Notes under the pieces: model-generated | Databases searched by the model: none | The model's input: the letters and a program-made list of their open reading frames with translations, nothing else | What the model was told of the DNA's origin: nothing | Program-made: the position numbers and the translations under genes | Assembly: GCA_051867975.1 (NCBI GenBank) | Contig: JBJDZM010000010.1 | Coordinates: forward strand, 1,848 to 65,847 | Length of the DNA stretch: 64,000 nucleotides | Source: Eubacteriales bacterium | GTDB taxonomy: Bacteria > Bacillota > Clostridia > Oscillospirales > CAG-272 | Reading direction: 5' to 3' | In this document: positions 27,276 through 35,780 of the stretch, piece by piece | How positions within the stretch are numbered: position 1 is the stretch's first letter | Layout: every line of letters begins with the position of its first letter

Positions 27276-27803
27276 TTAACACAGCATGGTAACAGCCGTA
27301 ATAAATTTTGAAGTACACTCGGAAAATCGCTTTTTCTCGAAATGTTTTTCTTCGGAATCGAAAAACCTGTCCTTCAGAACGCCCACCGCTCCGCCGATAG
27401 CGAAGGAAGCGGTTATTTGTTTTTCCGGTGTTTGCTTGGTGTTTTCATAAAAAAATTTGAGCTTTGTTTCAAGCTTTGTGCAAAGAACGTCCACCCTGTC
27501 ATTGAATATAATTTTTATATTGTCAAATTCACGGTCTATGGCACTTGCAAGCCCTTCAATATAGGTCTTCGGACTTTCAAAAAGACACAGCTTTTCGGGA
27601 AAAATATCAATGATCCTGTCAATGCTTTCCTCATCGATCTCGTTTGAAAGCTCCAAGGCATCCGTATAGTGATTGTAGAAGGTAGTTTTGTTGATATTGG
27701 CGATCTCGCAAATGTCCTTGACCTTTATTCTTTCGGGAAGGCACTTGTCCCGAAGCTTCAGAAATGCGTGGGTAATTTTGCGTTTTGTTTTAGAATCCTT
27801 CAA
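27276..27803 (-). CDS. TetR/AcrR-family transcriptional regulator
   Basis: HTH region IKVKDICEIANINKTTFYNHYTD. TTG start 8 nt after AAAGGAGC. Lies 23 nt upstream of fakA. Confidence 0.8.
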   Translation of the reverse strand: MKDSKTKRKITHAFLKLRDKCLPERIKVKDICEIANINKTTFYNHYTDALELSNEIDEESIDRIIDIFPEKLCLFESPKTYIEGLASAIDREFDNIKIIFNDRVDVLCTKLETKLKFFYENTKQTPEKQITASFAIGGAVGVLKDRFFDSEEKHFEKKRFSECTSKFITAVTMLC

Positions 27804-28027
27804 ATTTTCTCTGCTCCTTTCCGGGCTGTAATGCTGTCATAATACTGTTACGCAATGTGTAACGAAAATATGTCGCTTGCGACCCAAAAAATCAACTATG
27901 GTTGACTTTAACAGTATTATAGTCGATTTTTGTCGAATTGTCAATAGGTTATGAACATTTTGAATACTCAACCCGTGGGATTTTCGATAACGTATGTAAA
28001 GACCGATTCAGAAGAGCAGACCAAAGA

Positions 28028-28070
28028 AAAGCGTTGAGAAATCCGTTAGTGAAATCTCAACGCTTTTTAT
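28028..28070. terminator. terminator downstream of the ZIP transporter gene
   Basis: aaagcgttgaga...tctcaacgcttttt, with T/A runs on both sides. Confidence 0.7.
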
Positions 28071-28150
28071 CGAACAATGATAAAACCGCAAATTCAAGTA
28101 TTACGACGCAATGATCAATATCACCGATCTGCTCGTAATCGGGCTGATAA

Positions 28151-28903
28151 TCAGCCCAACAGCACGTCGGTGACGAGCATGACGCAAAAACCGACAAGCA
28201 AAGCGTATGTCGCGCCGCGCTCGCTTCCGTGCGCGTGTGTCTCGGGTATCATTTCGTCGCTGATGACATATAGCATCGTACCGCCGGCAAACGCAAGCGC
28301 AAAGGGCAAGATCGCGGTGGATATACTGACGGCAAAATAGCCTATCAAGGTTCCGACGACCTCAACAAGCCCCGTGATCATGGCAATAACAAAGGTTTTT
28401 CCGGGGCGGATACCTGCGGCAAGCATGGGCGCAATGATCACCATGCCCTCGGGAATGTTTTGCAGAGCGATACCGCCGGCAATGATAAGTGCTTGTGTCG
28501 TGTCTCCCGAGCCAAAGCCGACTCCCGCGGCGATACCCTCGGGCAGATTATGTATCGCAATCGCCAGAACGAACAGGAGGACCTTACTTAGATTTGCGTT
28601 GTTGTGCGATTCGGGTTCGGCACCCATGAGCTTGTGTAAATGCGGCACTAATTTGTCGATGAGATTGAGACAGAGCGCACCCGCAAAAATGCCCGCGACA
28701 GTTATCAAGATCCCAAAATCTCCGCCGTATTCAAGCGACGGAATGATAAGACCTAACACCGCCGCGGCAAGCATCACGCCTGCGGCAAAGGCAAGGACGA
28801 TGTCCGAGAATTTATGCGATATGTTTTTAAAAATAAAGCCTATTAAAGCACCGACGACGGTAGCACCGCCCACACCGAGGGCGGTTAACAATACAATCTC
28901 CAT
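28151..28903 (-). CDS. ZIP-family divalent metal (zinc) transporter, ZupT/GufA-like
   Basis: 250 aa, polytopic. HNLPEGIAAG and LQNIPEGMV motifs, and a His-rich loop HLHKLMGAEPESHNN. Confidence 0.85.
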   Translation of the reverse strand: MEIVLLTALGVGGATVVGALIGFIFKNISHKFSDIVLAFAAGVMLAAAVLGLIIPSLEYGGDFGILITVAGIFAGALCLNLIDKLVPHLHKLMGAEPESHNNANLSKVLLFVLAIAIHNLPEGIAAGVGFGSGDTTQALIIAGGIALQNIPEGMVIIAPMLAAGIRPGKTFVIAMITGLVEVVGTLIGYFAVSISTAILPFALAFAGGTMLYVISDEMIPETHAHGSERGATYALLVGFCVMLVTDVLLG

Positions 28904-28964
28904 AATTTATCCTTTCGCGATTTCCGTAAAGATCTTACTCCCCCTGAGAGACGATCGTAGTATA

Positions 28965-28980
28965 TCATAATTTCAATTAT
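28965..28980. promoter_or_regulatory. AT-rich 7-2-7 palindrome CATAATTtcAATTATG (Zur/Fur-like box candidate)
   Basis: Read directly from the sequence. Lies 62-77 nt upstream of the ZIP start. Confidence 0.4.
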
Positions 28981-29005
28981 GTGTCAATAATCCTCATCAA
29001 TGTTA

Positions 29006-29034
29006 TTGACAAATTCCGAAAAATATGGTATCAT
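29006..29034 (+). promoter_or_regulatory. promoter of the rubrerythrin-ferritin operon
   Basis: TTGACA, 17-nt spacer ending in TGG, then TATCAT (extended -10). Confidence 0.7.
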
Positions 29035-29043
29035 ATGGACGTA

Positions 29044-29069
29044 ATTACATGTCAAGATTGACATGTAAT
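29044..29069. promoter_or_regulatory. perfect 12-2-12 palindrome ATTACATGTCAAgaTTGACATGTAAT (operator candidate)
   Basis: Read directly from the sequence. Begins 10 nt after the -10 box. Confidence 0.55.
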
Positions 29070-29120
29070 CATTACTCGAAGATCAAAAATTTAATGAAAA
29101 TAAAGAAAGAGGTAAAAACT

Positions 29121-29774
29121 ATGGCAAAATGGAAATGCACCGTTTGCGGTTATATTCACGAAGGAGACGAAGCACCCGAAAAATGCCCCGTCTGCAAGCA
29201 ACCGAAAGAAAAGTTCGTAAAGGTTGAAGAGGCTCCCAAGAACCCCTATGCAGGTACAAAGACCGAAAAGAATCTTTGGGAAGCGTTTGCCGGTGAATCT
29301 CAGGCAAGAAACAAGTATACATACTTTGCAAGCGTTGCAAAGAAGGCAGGATATGAGCAGATCGCCGCACTCTTCTTACAGACCGCCGAGAACGAGAAGG
29401 AACACGCAAAGCTCTGGTTCAAGGCTTTGGGTGAGCTTGGCGACACCGCAGAAAATCTGCTCCACGCCGCTGAGGGTGAGAACGCAGAGTGGACCGACAT
29501 GTACGAAAGAATGGCTCGCGAGGCGGAGGAAGAAGGCTTCACCGCTCTTGCCGCACAGTTCCGCGGAGTTGCCGCTATCGAAAAAGCGCATGAGGAAAGA
29601 TACCGCGCGCTCCTGAAGAACGTTGAGACTAAGGCAGTATTTGAAAAATCAGGCGTAACTATTTGGGAATGTCGCAACTGCGGACATATTGTTGTCGGTC
29701 TTTCGGCACCCGAGGTCTGCCCCGTTTGTAACCACCCGCAGGCTTATTTTGAAGTCAGAAAAGAAAACTATTGA
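29121..29774 (+). CDS. rubrerythrin with an additional N-terminal rubredoxin-like domain
   Basis: [26 protein letters not shown] (rubredoxin-like); ferritin-like diiron core [13 protein letters not shown]...[10 protein letters not shown]...EGENAEW; C-terminal WECRNCGHI...CPVCNHP. Start set at the ATG at 29121, after the RBS aagagg. Confidence 0.9.
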   Translation: MAKWKCTVCGYIHEGDEAPEKCPVCKQPKEKFVKVEEAPKNPYAGTKTEKNLWEAFAGESQARNKYTYFASVAKKAGYEQIAALFLQTAENEKEHAKLWFKALGELGDTAENLLHAAEGENAEWTDMYERMAREAEEEGFTALAAQFRGVAAIEKAHEERYRALLKNVETKAVFEKSGVTIWECRNCGHIVVGLSAPEVCPVCNHPQAYFEVRKENY

Positions 29775-29794
29775 TAAAGGGGGAAACATTCAAT

Positions 29795-30304
29795 ATGAAT
29801 ACAAAGGTACATGAGCTGTTAAATCAGCAGATCAATAAGGAATTCTATTCCGCTTATCTCTATCTCGATTTCTCAAATTATTTTGAGGATGCGGGACTTG
29901 ACGGCTTTGCCAATTGGTATAAGATTCAGGCGCAGGAAGAGCGAGACCACGCAATGCTCTTCTATCAGTACCTGCAGAATGAAAATCAGAAGGTAACGCT
30001 TGAAGCAATCGCAAAGCCCGACAAGGTCTTCACCTGCCATATGGACGTTTTGCAGGCGGGACTTGAGCATGAGAAGTATGTCACCTCGCTGATTCACGAC
30101 ATCTATGCCGAGGCATACGAAGCAAAGGATTTCCGCACCATGCAGTTCCTCGACTGGTTCGTAAAGGAGCAGGGCGAAGAGGAGACCAACGCCAATGACA
30201 TGATATCCAAAATGGAGTTGTTCGGCTCCGACCCCAAGAGCCTTTATATGCTCAATCAGGAGCTTGCGGCAAGAGTATATTCCGCACCGTCGCTTGTTTT
30301 ATAA
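29795..30304 (+). CDS. non-heme bacterial ferritin
   Basis: LLNQQINKEFYSAYLYLDFSNYF...YKIQAQEERDHAMLFYQYL. Start set at MNTKV (ATG at 29795). Confidence 0.9.
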   Translation: MNTKVHELLNQQINKEFYSAYLYLDFSNYFEDAGLDGFANWYKIQAQEERDHAMLFYQYLQNENQKVTLEAIAKPDKVFTCHMDVLQAGLEHEKYVTSLIHDIYAEAYEAKDFRTMQFLDWFVKEQGEEETNANDMISKMELFGSDPKSLYMLNQELAARVYSAPSLVL

Positions 30305-30328
30305 TCAACAGAGCAACACTTGATACAC

Positions 30329-30365
30329 AAAAAACGGAGATTTCGTGAGATTTCTCCGTTTTTTG
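30329..30365. terminator. terminator between ferritin and hxlR-like genes
   Basis: aaaaacggaga...tctccgtttttt. Confidence 0.75.
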
Positions 30366-30381
30366 CTTGACTTTTTCAAAT

Positions 30382-30717
30382 TCATTTTGAAGATGCTTTA
30401 TAATTCTCTCCCCAACTGCTCATGGCATCAAGTATGGGGCGCAAACTGTGTCCCAACTCGGTCAAGGAATATTCAACTCTCGGCGGCACTTCGGCATATA
30501 CCTTCCGAGTCAGAAGTCCGCTTTCTTCCATATCACGAAGTTGGGCTGTCAGCACCTTTTGTGACACATTGCCGACAGACCTTTTCAGCTCCCCGAAGCG
30601 CTTCGTCCCAGTCATCAAATCGCGCAAAATCAGAACCTTCCATTTGTCACCGATCAAAGTCAATGTGGTTTCTACGGGACAAGCAGGCAGTTCTTTTGCG
30701 TTTTTTTGTTCGCTCAT
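30382..30717 (-). CDS. HxlR-family (MarR-like) transcriptional regulator
   Basis: CPVETTLTLIGDKWKVLILRDL...RFGELKRSV..VSQKVLTAQLRDMEESGLL. The ATG at 30717 lies 8 nt after GGAGGA. Confidence 0.9.
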   Translation of the reverse strand: MSEQKNAKELPACPVETTLTLIGDKWKVLILRDLMTGTKRFGELKRSVGNVSQKVLTAQLRDMEESGLLTRKVYAEVPPRVEYSLTELGHSLRPILDAMSSWGENYKASSK

Positions 30718-30935
30718 GATCAAGTTCCTCCTACCAATAGTTTCAATAAGTAACTAACATACTGATTATACCATACTTCCGTGCAAGAGTCAATGTTTCC
30801 CACAAAAAATCGTGAATAAGAAAAATTTTTTTCGAGTGAAAAAATGCCGAAAATCGTTGTCAATACACAATTGTTTCCATTTGGTAACCGTCCATTAGTA
30901 TGCTTTTTGTAACTACACCACAATAAAGTGCGTAC

Positions 30936-30964
30936 TTTACAAGCATAAACCAATCGAGTATAAT
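30936..30964 (+). promoter_or_regulatory. promoter of the NAD(P)H-binding gene
   Basis: TTTACA, 17-nt spacer, TATAAT. Confidence 0.6.
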
Positions 30965-31088
30965 GTGGTCAAGAACTGAGGGGAACGGCCGCTCTAAAGC
31001 TCTAAACAAATTCAAAGGAGAAATCCGAAATCAGTATTTTTAGAAATGATTCGGTGATGACCGAACTGAAATGGAGGAGAAATTTAAA

Positions 31089-31718
31089 ATGAAAATCGCA
31101 GTAATTTGTGCAAATGGAAGAGCAGGTAAACTGATTGTCAAAGAAGCAGTCAACAGGGGTCTTGATGTTACAGCAGTAGTACGAGAGGAAAATCAGAGTG
31201 TGGCTGAGAAGGTGCTGAAAAAAGATTTGTTTGATCTGACTGCCGCAGACGTAAAATGCTTCGATGTTGTTGTCGATGCTTTTGGTGCATGGACGGAAGA
31301 TGTTCTTCCCCAACACAGCACTTCTTTGAAACACCTGTGTGACATTCTTTCCGGTACTAATATCCGCCTGATTGTTGTCGGCGGCGCCGGAAGCCTGTAT
31401 GTAAACCCCGAACATACCGTTCAGGTTATGGATACCCCTGATTTTCCCGATATGTTTAAGCCGCTTGCCGCTGCACAGGGAAAAGCGCTGGAGGAACTGA
31501 GAGCGAGAAATGATGTCAAGTGGACATTCATCAGCCCCGCGGGTGATTTCCGTGCAGACGGCGAACGTACAGGCAAATATATTCTCGGCGGAGAGGAATT
31601 GACGCTCAACTCCAAAGGTGAGAGTGTCATCAGCTATGCAGATTATGCAATTGCTATGATTGACGAAGCGATAGACGGTAACAATATTCAAAAGCGTATC
31701 AGTGTGGTAGCAGAATAA
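31089..31718 (+). CDS. NAD(P)H-binding (NmrA/atypical SDR) oxidoreductase
   Basis: MKIAVICANGRAGKLIVKEAVNRGLDVTAVVR. Divergent from hxlR, which is a classical pairing. Confidence 0.8.
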   Translation: MKIAVICANGRAGKLIVKEAVNRGLDVTAVVREENQSVAEKVLKKDLFDLTAADVKCFDVVVDAFGAWTEDVLPQHSTSLKHLCDILSGTNIRLIVVGGAGSLYVNPEHTVQVMDTPDFPDMFKPLAAAQGKALEELRARNDVKWTFISPAGDFRADGERTGKYILGGEELTLNSKGESVISYADYAIAMIDEAIDGNNIQKRISVVAE

Positions 31719-31800
31719 GATTATGAACAGGGCTGTCATCGTTGGCAGCCCTGTTTTCATTCACACAAAAGCATAAAAATCGCCCACATAGGAGACAAAA

Positions 31801-32574
31801 ATGACACAATCAGACAGAAGGATCTATTTAATTAAACGGCTATTAACCGAGCAAGTACAATATAGAGAAACCCCAATTCCGAAAAAGACACCGGAGCAAG
31901 TAAGACTACTGCGCTCCCTTATGAATCTTCGCCCGCCAAAGGAAGCTTGCTCCGAGTTTCTGAAAATACAAGACGAATACTTAAAGAAAGAAATTGCTTT
32001 GAAAGGTATCACCGACATATCGGAGCTTTCTCAGACAGCAAGTGGTTTTTATCTTTGGCAGGGTGATATCACCACGCTGCGCTGTGACTCGATTGTCAAC
32101 GCCGCCAACTCTCAAATGCTCGGCTGCTTCTGCCCTTGTCACGGCTGTATTGATAATGCCATTCACACTTATGCAGGGGTGGAACTTCGACTCGAATGTG
32201 CCGAAATCATGAAAAAGCAAGGAAATGCGGAACCTGTCGGCAGAGCGAAGATCACAAAAGCCTACAACCTCCCGTGCAAATATGTCATTCACACGGTCGG
32301 TCCGACGATTTACGACCATGTTACAAAACAGGATGAAGAACTTTTGGCATCCTGTTATCGCTCTTGTCTTGAAATTGCCGAGCAAAATAATATACAGAGT
32401 ATTGCCTTTTGCTGTATTTCCACGGGCGAGTTTCATTTTCCGAACAGGAGTGCCGCAGAGATAGCAATCAGAACAGTAACCGAATACAGGAAACGAACAA
32501 ATAGTAAAATCAAGGTGATATTCAATGTTTTCAAAGATATGGACTATGAAATCTACCGAGAGCTTCTCGGATAA
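31801..32574 (+). CDS. macrodomain protein-ADP-ribose hydrolase (Zn-macro type, SirTM-linked)
   Basis: LWQGDITTLRCDSIVNAANSQMLGCFCPCHGCIDNAIH...VIHTVGP...ISTGEFHFP. The Cys cluster CFCPCHGC is consistent with a Zn-macro domain. Confidence 0.85.
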   Translation: MTQSDRRIYLIKRLLTEQVQYRETPIPKKTPEQVRLLRSLMNLRPPKEACSEFLKIQDEYLKKEIALKGITDISELSQTASGFYLWQGDITTLRCDSIVNAANSQMLGCFCPCHGCIDNAIHTYAGVELRLECAEIMKKQGNAEPVGRAKITKAYNLPCKYVIHTVGPTIYDHVTKQDEELLASCYRSCLEIAEQNNIQSIAFCCISTGEFHFPNRSAAEIAIRTVTEYRKRTNSKIKVIFNVFKDMDYEIYRELLG

Positions 32575-32575
32575 C

Positions 32576-33403
32576 ATGAAAAGGTTAAAAAACGAAATCG
32601 AAACCGCAGATGCGATCGTCATCGGCGCAGGAGCAGGTCTCTCTGCTTCGGCAGGCTTTGATTACGCCGGCGAACGATTTGAGAGGTATTTTTCGGACTT
32701 TCATAAAAAATACGGTATTACCGATATGTATGCGGGAGGATTTTATCCATTTGAAACACCCGAAGAATATTGGGCATGGTGGTCACGGCATATTTTTGTA
32801 AACCGATATGACGCGCCTGTCGGAAAACCGTACAGCGATCTGCTCGCACTTGTGAAGGACAAAAATTATTTCATCCTGACAACGAATGTTGACCATCAGT
32901 TCCAAAGAGCGGGATTTGATAAAAGACGGTTGTTTTACACACAGGGGGACTACGGTCTGTGGCAATGCTCAAGAGCCTGTCACAATAAGACATATGATAA
33001 CGAAGAAGCTGTTCGCCGGATGGTTGAAAAGCAAGATAACATGAAGATTCCGAGCAAGCTCATCCCGAAATGTCCTGTCTGCGGCGCGCCGATGACGATG
33101 AATCTGCGCTGTGATGACAGCTTTGTTCAGGGCGCGGGATGGTATTCAGCGGCAGAGCGATACGAAGATTTCATACGTCGCCACATGGATAAGCATGTAC
33201 TTTATCTTGAACTTGGTGTTGGTTTCAACACGCCTGCTATCATTAAATATCCGTTTTGGAAGATGACGGCGGGTAATGCAACCGCCGTTTACACCTGTAT
33301 CAATTCAGGCGAGATGCTCTGTCCGAGGAAAATCGAAAATCGGTCGATATATCTTGATAGAAACATCGCAGATATTCTGAACCGGCTGCTTCGAATGTCG
33401 TGA
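32576..33403 (+). CDS. Sir2-family protein, class M (SirTM-like ADP-ribosyltransferase)
   Basis: IGAGAGLSASAGF, TTNVDHQF, YTQGDYG, and Zn ribbon CSRAC...CPVCG. The ATG follows 1 nt after the macro gene stop. Confidence 0.8.
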   Translation: MKRLKNEIETADAIVIGAGAGLSASAGFDYAGERFERYFSDFHKKYGITDMYAGGFYPFETPEEYWAWWSRHIFVNRYDAPVGKPYSDLLALVKDKNYFILTTNVDHQFQRAGFDKRRLFYTQGDYGLWQCSRACHNKTYDNEEAVRRMVEKQDNMKIPSKLIPKCPVCGAPMTMNLRCDDSFVQGAGWYSAAERYEDFIRRHMDKHVLYLELGVGFNTPAIIKYPFWKMTAGNATAVYTCINSGEMLCPRKIENRSIYLDRNIADILNRLLRMS

Positions 33404-33447
33404 TGTGACTGTGACTTTTCATTTGTTCAGAGTACACTAAGTAAATG

Positions 33448-34050
33448 TTATTCAGCCTCCCTGCGGATCCAATCGTCCAGAAACTGCATCTGCTCATTTG
33501 TATGAAACCAATGCTCGCCGTCCTCCATTACGGTAAGTCGTGCGCCGATCTGTTTGGAAAATTCGGATATGGTTTTCATGGACGTCAGATTATCTCTTCC
33601 GCCATATAAAATACAAGTCGGTATGCTCCATTTTATGGGATGCTTGCGCGAATAGCACAGATATTCCCAAGACAGCACCTCGCCGAACCCCGTTGGTATC
33701 TCGCCGCATGCTTTCAGCTCGTCCTCCGTCACGTTTGCCCACAGCATCATATCACAAATCAGCCTTTCCATGTTGACGATGGGCGAGATGAAGTACGCTC
33801 TTGATATCGGCTTTTGCGCAAGTGCGGACATGGAAAAGTACGCTCCTATGCTGTTCGCAATCAAAACGACCTCTCCGTAGCCCTCGGTATATCTGTCGAA
33901 AAGAGTCGGAAATTCCGCCGCCGCTTCCCATGGGTTTTGTGATACGTAATCAAAGCCTACGACGTCGTAACCGACAAAGAGAGGCTTATAATGCTCGGAT
34001 TCCTTTGCACTGCCGCCCTTGCCGTGTATGTATATTATCAATCTTTTCAT
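33448..34050 (-). CDS. alpha/beta hydrolase
   Basis: IIYIHGKGGSA...; nucleophile elbow ANSIGAY; C-terminal DGEHWFH. Confidence 0.7.
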   Translation of the reverse strand: MKRLIIYIHGKGGSAKESEHYKPLFVGYDVVGFDYVSQNPWEAAAEFPTLFDRYTEGYGEVVLIANSIGAYFSMSALAQKPISRAYFISPIVNMERLICDMMLWANVTEDELKACGEIPTGFGEVLSWEYLCYSRKHPIKWSIPTCILYGGRDNLTSMKTISEFSKQIGARLTVMEDGEHWFHTNEQMQFLDDWIRREAE

Positions 34051-34066
34051 AAGTAAATCATCAGCA

Positions 34067-34657
34067 TTACAGAATACCGGTAATCGTCATAGTTGATACG
34101 ATTTCCGGCGTTTCGGTTATTTCCTTCCAATGTTCCCGCGTCAGTATATTTATGTGCTCGGTCCGAACCTCACCCAGCAGCGGCACAGGCACATTTTCGC
34201 ATGTATGATGATAAGCAAAACCGACCTTTTCTTGCACTCTTTTCGATTTTTGGTTGCCCTCATAGTATCCGCACCAAATTGTGTTCATGCCGATATCCTC
34301 AAATCCGCGGCGGATGATTTCTCTTGCCGCTTCCGGCATATATCCTCTGCCCCAAAAGGGTTTTCCGAGCCAATACCCAAGCTCGCACTCGTCGTCGCGC
34401 TTGAGCCTATTCGTGTGTCCCTTCAGCATAAGTTCAATCGCTCCGATTGCCCTATTGCTTCCCTTTTCGCAGATTGCGTAGCACTCCTCACCGTTCAATA
34501 CGTTTCGTATCACGTCAAGGCTTTCTTCAACCGATCTGTGGGACTGCCAGCCTGCAATCGGACCGACATCGGGGTCCTTTGCATATTCAAACAGGCTCTC
34601 TGCATCTGCCTCGGTCCATTTTCTCAAAATAAGCCTATCTGTTTCCAATTTAATCAT
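34067..34657 (-). CDS. GNAT N-acetyltransferase (RimJ/RimL-like)
   Basis: LETDRLILRKWTEADAESLFEYAKDPDV...YWLGKPFWGRGYMPEAA. Confidence 0.85.
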   Translation of the reverse strand: MIKLETDRLILRKWTEADAESLFEYAKDPDVGPIAGWQSHRSVEESLDVIRNVLNGEECYAICEKGSNRAIGAIELMLKGHTNRLKRDDECELGYWLGKPFWGRGYMPEAAREIIRRGFEDIGMNTIWCGYYEGNQKSKRVQEKVGFAYHHTCENVPVPLLGEVRTEHINILTREHWKEITETPEIVSTMTITGIL

Positions 34658-34675
34658 AATTTTTTCACCTCTGTG

Positions 34676-35245
34676 TTACCGTCTTTTTATCATAAAAATC
34701 GATTTTACGTTTGGGCAATAGTCTTTACTGCAAATGTGAATGACAAGTTCTTCCAAGGACGAGACCGCCGCGACGGCGCATACTGTCATGCAAAATCCCA
34801 CGGCAAGATCGGTCACCAGAAGGAAAGGAACGATAAAAAGCGAAAATCCCGTCAGTTTATTGAGATAGGTATGCAAGGACGCAAAGCGGCGGTATTTTAC
34901 TGCCGCGGTTATATAAGCCAAGAGTCTAACGCATATAATTGCCGCCACGACATACCAGATCCATCCCGGCAGTATTGTCAAAAGAATCGGTAAGATGCGG
35001 ATAAGCATCACCGCATAGAATAGTAAGTCGGCGATGCTGTCAAGTTTGGCACCGAACGCGCTTGATGTTTTCGTTTTTCGGGCAATCCAGCCGTCAAGCG
35101 CGTCTGTCAGCCCCGTCAGGGCATATATGATGAAAAATTCCACCGAAAGCGGCTTCAGCGCCACCAGCAGAATTGTTCCGGCGATACGAATCAGCGTTAT
35201 TATGTCTGCAACAGTCAGCCGATGTTTATTTTGATTTTCTTTCAT
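34676..35245 (-). CDS. CDP-alcohol phosphatidyltransferase family protein
   Basis: DALDGWIARKTKTSSAFGAKLDSIADL matches D-x2-DG-x2-AR...G-x3-D-x3-D. Confidence 0.85.
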   Translation of the reverse strand: MKENQNKHRLTVADIITLIRIAGTILLVALKPLSVEFFIIYALTGLTDALDGWIARKTKTSSAFGAKLDSIADLLFYAVMLIRILPILLTILPGWIWYVVAAIICVRLLAYITAAVKYRRFASLHTYLNKLTGFSLFIVPFLLVTDLAVGFCMTVCAVAAVSSLEELVIHICSKDYCPNVKSIFMIKRR

Positions 35246-35297
35246 GTCAACAATTTAATTCCTTTTCCATTCCTTCATTTTTGCATATAACCGAAGT

Positions 35298-35744
35298 CTA
35301 TTCGGAAACCAGCCATTCCTTTGCCTTCTCAAAATCATTGATAAAAGAAACTGCAAAACGGCTTTTATCTTTAAGTGCCGTGCGGAACATTTGTTGAATT
35401 TTTCTGTCCGTGCCTATAAAACATACTCGCAAAAACACTTTTCGCCCGCCACACAGCAGATTTACTGTTTTCTCGACTATATCTTTTGTTACAAGTGTTT
35501 CATCCAAGACAAATCCGATCTGCGAGGGCTTGGACGGCAAAAGGAAAGTTTTGCTGTCATTTTCCAGCTTGTCCAGAACTAAATCCGTATACTGATACAT
35601 TCCGTCCAAATGCTCAAACCAGATCTCTCCGCCCCGGAAAGGCAGGACAAATGACTTCTTTTTTACACCCGGCAAGTTCTCCGGCTCACTACATTCGAAA
35701 TACCTCGTGCTGTCATTTGCAAAAAACCGGTCAAACAATTTCAT
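35298..35744 (-). CDS. hypothetical cytoplasmic protein
   Basis: 148-aa ORF, last gene of the TetR-ABC-hydrolase string. No family was recognised. Confidence 0.4.
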   Translation of the reverse strand: MKLFDRFFANDSTRYFECSEPENLPGVKKKSFVLPFRGGEIWFEHLDGMYQYTDLVLDKLENDSKTFLLPSKPSQIGFVLDETLVTKDIVEKTVNLLCGGRKVFLRVCFIGTDRKIQQMFRTALKDKSRFAVSFINDFEKAKEWLVSE

Positions 35745-35780
35745 AATATTGTATCTTAAAACCTTTCTTGCCCGTCGTTT

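Noticed and set aside
28374-28970. 198-aa plus-strand ORF
   Set aside because: It is antisense to the ZIP transporter gene and its translation is low-complexity Pro/Ala/Ser-rich. The ZIP motifs support the minus-strand gene.
31002-31760. 252-aa minus-strand ORF
   Set aside because: It is antisense to the NAD(P)H-binding gene, which has a clear Rossmann motif, RBS and promoter.
34130-34993. 287-aa plus-strand ORF spanning two genes
   Set aside because: It is antisense to the GNAT and CDP-alcohol phosphatidyltransferase genes, both of which carry diagnostic motifs.
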